A DNA stretch of 64,000 bases. It comes from a virus. The stretch spans positions 6,151-70,150 of IMG/VR virus record IMGVR_UViG_3300025655_000030; one strand, given 5' to 3'. Positions 60,742-64,000 of the stretch are shown here, in pieces. The first letter of the stretch is position 1. Each line of letters opens with the position of its first letter. The notes beneath the pieces were generated by a model. The model did no database searches, was not told where the DNA came from, and saw only the letters and a program-made list of their open reading frames with translations. Made by a program: the position numbers and the translations under genes.

Positions 60742-61029
60742 ATGAATAACATGACAACACAACAATTTATAGCTTATAACCAACTAAAGAAATCTAAAGG
60801 TGTAGCTTATGTACTATTCCTTTTTCTAGGGGCTACAGGCATACATCGAGTCTATTTAAGAAGTTATGGTGTAGCATTCCTTTATTTAGTATTATTACTT
60901 AGTCATATATTTTTACCAATTATGTTTATTTTTACTTTACTTTTATGTATTGTTGATTTATTCTACACATCTAGCTTATGTGATGACTTTAATTACAAAT
61001 TACAACGTGAAATTCTTAACACTAAATAA
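60742..61029 (+). CDS. TM2-domain membrane protein
   Basis: KKSKGVAYVLFLFLGATGIHRVYL TM2 signature. Confidence 0.85.
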   Translation: MNNMTTQQFIAYNQLKKSKGVAYVLFLFLGATGIHRVYLRSYGVAFLYLVLLLSHIFLPIMFIFTLLLCIVDLFYTSSLCDDFNYKLQREILNTK

Positions 61030-61040
61030 GGAATAACAAA

Positions 61041-61833
61041 ATGAACAACACACAATTTAAACAATTCGTAGGTAATAAAATCTTATGAGTATTATAGGAG
61101 AGACTTATAAATACCTTACAGTGATATGTGCCACAGAGGGAAGAAAAAGGAGAAGTATTGTGTACGAATGTGTTTGCATATGTGGTGAGACAGTGTTTAG
61201 TACTAGTTATGCCTTAAAATCAGGCCGACACGTTAGTTGTGGTTGCTACAATAAATATAAAAATAGAACGCACGGTAAAACAAATACTGCCGAATATCGC
61301 AGTTGGCGTCACCTAAAATCTAGATGTTACACCACATCTGATGCTAAATTTAAAGATTACGGAGGTAGAGGTATAACAGTGTGTGATAGATGGTTAGAGT
61401 CTTTTGAGAACTTTTATGAGGACATGGGAGATAAACCATATATTCATTATTCTATAGACCGTATAGACAACGATGGTAACTATGAACCTGCTAATTGTAG
61501 GTGGGCGAGTCCTTCACAACAGGGTAATAATAGAAGGTTGACTAGTAGAAGTAAAACAGGTGTTTCTGGAGTGTATAAGAATGAAAGACTAAATATTTGG
61601 TTATCAGCTTGGAGGTGTCCTAAGTCAGATAAAAGAGTAATTAAAAGGTTTTCTATTATCAAACTTGGGGATGAATTAGCAAATTTTTGTGCCTTAGAGT
61701 ATAAAGAATTGTCTACCATTATAATAGAGGATTTTAAAAATAGGGTATATTTAACTACAGAACCCTTAACTTAGATACAGTTACATCATTAAAGTGTAAT
61801 GGTGAAGTATACACCTCATTAAACGAACTGTAG
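61041..61833 (+). pseudogene. remnants of a small gene flanking the HNH insertion
   Basis: AAGGA RBS + MNNTQFKQFVGNKIL* before the HNH; NYRTLNLDTVTSLKCNGEVYTSLNEL* after it. Confidence 0.4.
61085..61774 (+). CDS. free-standing HNH homing endonuclease with AP2-like C-terminus
   Basis: CVCICG..SCGC..YGGRGITVCDRW..SIDRIDNDGNYEPANCRWA..Q.NN; paralog of 43245-43952. Confidence 0.88.
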   Translation: MSIIGETYKYLTVICATEGRKRRSIVYECVCICGETVFSTSYALKSGRHVSCGCYNKYKNRTHGKTNTAEYRSWRHLKSRCYTTSDAKFKDYGGRGITVCDRWLESFENFYEDMGDKPYIHYSIDRIDNDGNYEPANCRWASPSQQGNNRRLTSRSKTGVSGVYKNERLNIWLSAWRCPKSDKRVIKRFSIIKLGDELANFCALEYKELSTIIIEDFKNRVYLTTEPLT

Positions 61834-61835
61834 AG

Positions 61836-61913
61836 TACCTAGAAAGGGTTATCTTAGTGTAACCTAAGCTACCCTATTAGTTATTATTATAACGTCTTAG
61901 AATTGATTACAGG
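61836..61913. repeat. 78-bp dispersed element, copy 3
   Basis: TACCTAGAAA...CTTAGAATTGATTACAGG; same length and ends as copy 1. Confidence 0.5.
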
Positions 61914-61947
61914 AAGGATTTACTTAATATGATTATATCATTAGATT

Positions 61948-62715
61948 TTGATTGGAATGGTGAGAGTTATGAACCCTAAATTCATTGTAGGTGAAAGAGT
62001 TATATTACAGAGCATATCTCATCCAGAGTTAAATGGTGAACATACTGTTGAGAAAGTGTTATCCCCAAATAAACATTATAAGTGCAGCATTACAGGTAAA
62101 ATATATCTTGATAAATCAGAAGATAACAGTTTTGGTTATGTGTTAGATTTAGGGTTGGTGGATGAGTTCAGCGGTACTGAGATGAGTTGGGAGGAATACG
62201 CTCTTAAAAAGAAACCAGATGTTAAATACGGTAATGGTGGGTTCCTATGGTTTGTAGATGAAAGCACATGCTCAGGAATTGAGAATTACCAACTGCTTGG
62301 TGATTGCAAGCATTACAGCGGTAAATACATATGCACCCGTAAAGAATTTGAAGATAGAGTGGAGAAGTTAAATAATATGAAAAAATGGAATGGTGAAGGG
62401 TTGCCACCTGTTGGTGAGGATATAGAATACACAACCACTCAATATCAGCTAGGAAAACCATCTATAGAGGTTGGTAAGTGGTATAGAGGAAAGATAATTG
62501 CTTACTATAATGGTGCTGTATGGACATCTGACAACGGCATTCGTCTTTTAGATGTAACTAAATTCCGACCAATCAAATCAGAACGCGACAAGGCATTGGA
62601 ATATGTAGATGATAAATGGAGAGAACACAATGATGGAGTGTCAGGCTCACAAGCTAGAGAGTTCTTTGCCATACTATATGATGCTGGAATGTTAAAACTA
62701 CCAGATACACTATAA
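61948..62715 (+). CDS. hypothetical mosaic protein
   Basis: Contains the WNGEGLPPVG module; start uncertain (probably MNPKF). Confidence 0.55.
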   Translation: MIGMVRVMNPKFIVGERVILQSISHPELNGEHTVEKVLSPNKHYKCSITGKIYLDKSEDNSFGYVLDLGLVDEFSGTEMSWEEYALKKKPDVKYGNGGFLWFVDESTCSGIENYQLLGDCKHYSGKYICTRKEFEDRVEKLNNMKKWNGEGLPPVGEDIEYTTTQYQLGKPSIEVGKWYRGKIIAYYNGAVWTSDNGIRLLDVTKFRPIKSERDKALEYVDDKWREHNDGVSGSQAREFFAILYDAGMLKLPDTL

Positions 62716-62724
62716 GGAGTATAT

Positions 62725-63168
62725 ATGACTCGTATAAACTTAGTGGATGTTAGTCATTTAACTGATAAACATTTGTTAGCTGAATATAAAGAGATAACAC
62801 GACCATTCAATAAAGTTATTAGTAGAATAGGTAAGTTTGGGTTTGTTAATGCATTAAATGATGTAACTATTAGTAGTAGTTATGTATTAGGCACTGGACA
62901 TGAATCATTCTTTTTTGATAAATTACATTGGTTGTGGTTAAGATACTTTAATTTATTTGATGAGTTAAATAAAAGAGGTTTCAATATAGATGAGGGTAAA
63001 TTTAAAAATATTGCTGATGATTTTAAGAATAAATTAGAGAAAACTAAGTATTGGAATGATTGGAATGAATACAAACCAACCCCTGAAGAAATTTATCTTA
63101 ATATGAGTAGACTTTGTAAGAGAAGCAATATAAAATTAGTCATTAATGAGATTAATAGTAGTATTTAG
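62725..63168 (+). CDS. denV: pyrimidine dimer DNA glycosylase / endonuclease V
   Basis: MTRINLV...LTDKHLLAEYKEI.R..YVLGTGH..FF.DKL matches the T4 DenV pattern. Confidence 0.9.
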   Translation: MTRINLVDVSHLTDKHLLAEYKEITRPFNKVISRIGKFGFVNALNDVTISSSYVLGTGHESFFFDKLHWLWLRYFNLFDELNKRGFNIDEGKFKNIADDFKNKLEKTKYWNDWNEYKPTPEEIYLNMSRLCKRSNIKLVINEINSSI

Positions 63169-63182
63169 ATAGGGGATGAAAT

Positions 63183-63548
63183 ATGAACACAGAACAAAAG
63201 TTTACTGAGATAGTTGAAAAGTTTAAAAAGGAAGCTCTATCAATAGTTACAGAGACAATAACAGATTTACATTGTGAATGGCTTCCTTATGTTGAATCTG
63301 ATACTGAGCAGAATGTAAACTCTCGAACAGAGGAAGTAGTAGGGCAGATACTAAAAGGTAAATTCACTATTGAAAATAATATAATAGTTGTTCCTAATAA
63401 TAGTATTAATTGCCGTATTAGAATATCTACAGATGGGTGGTACACCACTTTACTAGATAAACTTGTTGAAGCTATGCCTGAATGTCCTAAAGATTTGAAG
63501 ATTAAGCATTTAATGGGTAGAATAAAAAGACTTGAGGGCAGCTTCTAA
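63183..63548 (+). CDS. hypothetical protein
   Basis: LPYVESDT..N motif; AGGGG RBS. Confidence 0.55.
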   Translation: MNTEQKFTEIVEKFKKEALSIVTETITDLHCEWLPYVESDTEQNVNSRTEEVVGQILKGKFTIENNIIVVPNNSINCRIRISTDGWYTTLLDKLVEAMPECPKDLKIKHLMGRIKRLEGSF

Positions 63549-63556
63549 AATAAAAG

Positions 63557-63591
63557 TTGACTAGGTAATTATTAATGTATATAATTACCTA
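63557..63591 (+). promoter_or_regulatory. sigma70 promoter overlapped by a palindrome
   Basis: TTGACT-N17-TATAAT; TAGGTAATTAT/ATAATTACCTA inverted repeat. Confidence 0.75.
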
Positions 63592-63623
63592 AATTAAATT
63601 GATAATACAAAAGAGGGCTCAAT

Positions 63624-64000
63624 ATGTCATATACAAAAGGTTACAAAGCATTCAATAAAACAGGGAAAGAGGGTCAAGGGGAATGTAGAGGATTCTTATT
63701 TAAAGAGGGGGAATCCTATAAAATTGATGGAAAGTTGAAACTGTGCTCAAACGGCTTCCATTTTTGTAGGGACTTAGTTTTAACTTTTGAATACTATGGA
63801 TACGATATTGAAAAATATTGTTTCGCAGAGGTTGAGGCCATCGGCGATATTGATTACGAAACACCAACTAAACATAAGGCTGCTACATCTGAAATTAGAA
63901 TTATTAAGTTTCTTTCACATGGGGAATTTTTGAGTATTATCAAAGGTGATAGTAACTCTGGTAATTGGAACTCTGGTAATAGTAACTCTGGTCATAGTAA
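63624..64000 (+). CDS. phage protein with (N-S-G-x-x) pentapeptide repeats, truncated by the window end
   Basis: MSYTKGYKAFNK..CRGF.F..G..Y..LCSNGFHFC..then DSNSGNWNSGNSNSGHS; GAGG RBS. Confidence 0.7.
   Translation, partial: MSYTKGYKAFNKTGKEGQGECRGFLFKEGESYKIDGKLKLCSNGFHFCRDLVLTFEYYGYDIEKYCFAEVEAIGDIDYETPTKHKAATSEIRIIKFLSHGEFLSIIKGDSNSGNWNSGNSNSGHS

Noticed and set aside
63950-64000. 15-bp tandem repeats (AACTCTGGT..) as a DNA repeat array
   Set aside because: They encode the N-S-G-x-x pentapeptide repeats of the terminal CDS.

Overview
A 64-kb AT-rich segment of a lytic contractile-tailed phage (myovirus; gene order resembles Felixounavirus-type phages). The two-component spanin pair points to a Gram-negative host. 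The + strand arm (1-32.6 kb) holds Ig-like proteins, terminase, portal, head, tail, baseplate, tail fibres and a lysis module. The - strand arm (32.6-60.6 kb) holds NrdAB, ThyX, nucleotide hydrolases, exonucleases, a putative SSB, a family-B DNA polymerase, a primase-helicase and many small ORFs. A divergent + strand early region starts at about 60.7 kb. Four group I introns can be mapped by hand: two in the portal gene, one in the tape-measure gene, and one carrying a GIY-YIG gene in the polymerase. There are also three free-standing homing endonuclease genes. The strongest unexplained signals are: (1) a ~480-nt ORF-free, promoter-driven region at 59.4-59.9 kb with dense helices and long-range loop pairings, a candidate novel large ncRNA; (2) an intact CheY-like receiver gene inside the lysis cassette; (3) a recurring promoter/hairpin module; (4) a dispersed 78-bp element with inverted ends. 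All calls come from motif reading and manual base-pairing; no database searches or folding programs were run.
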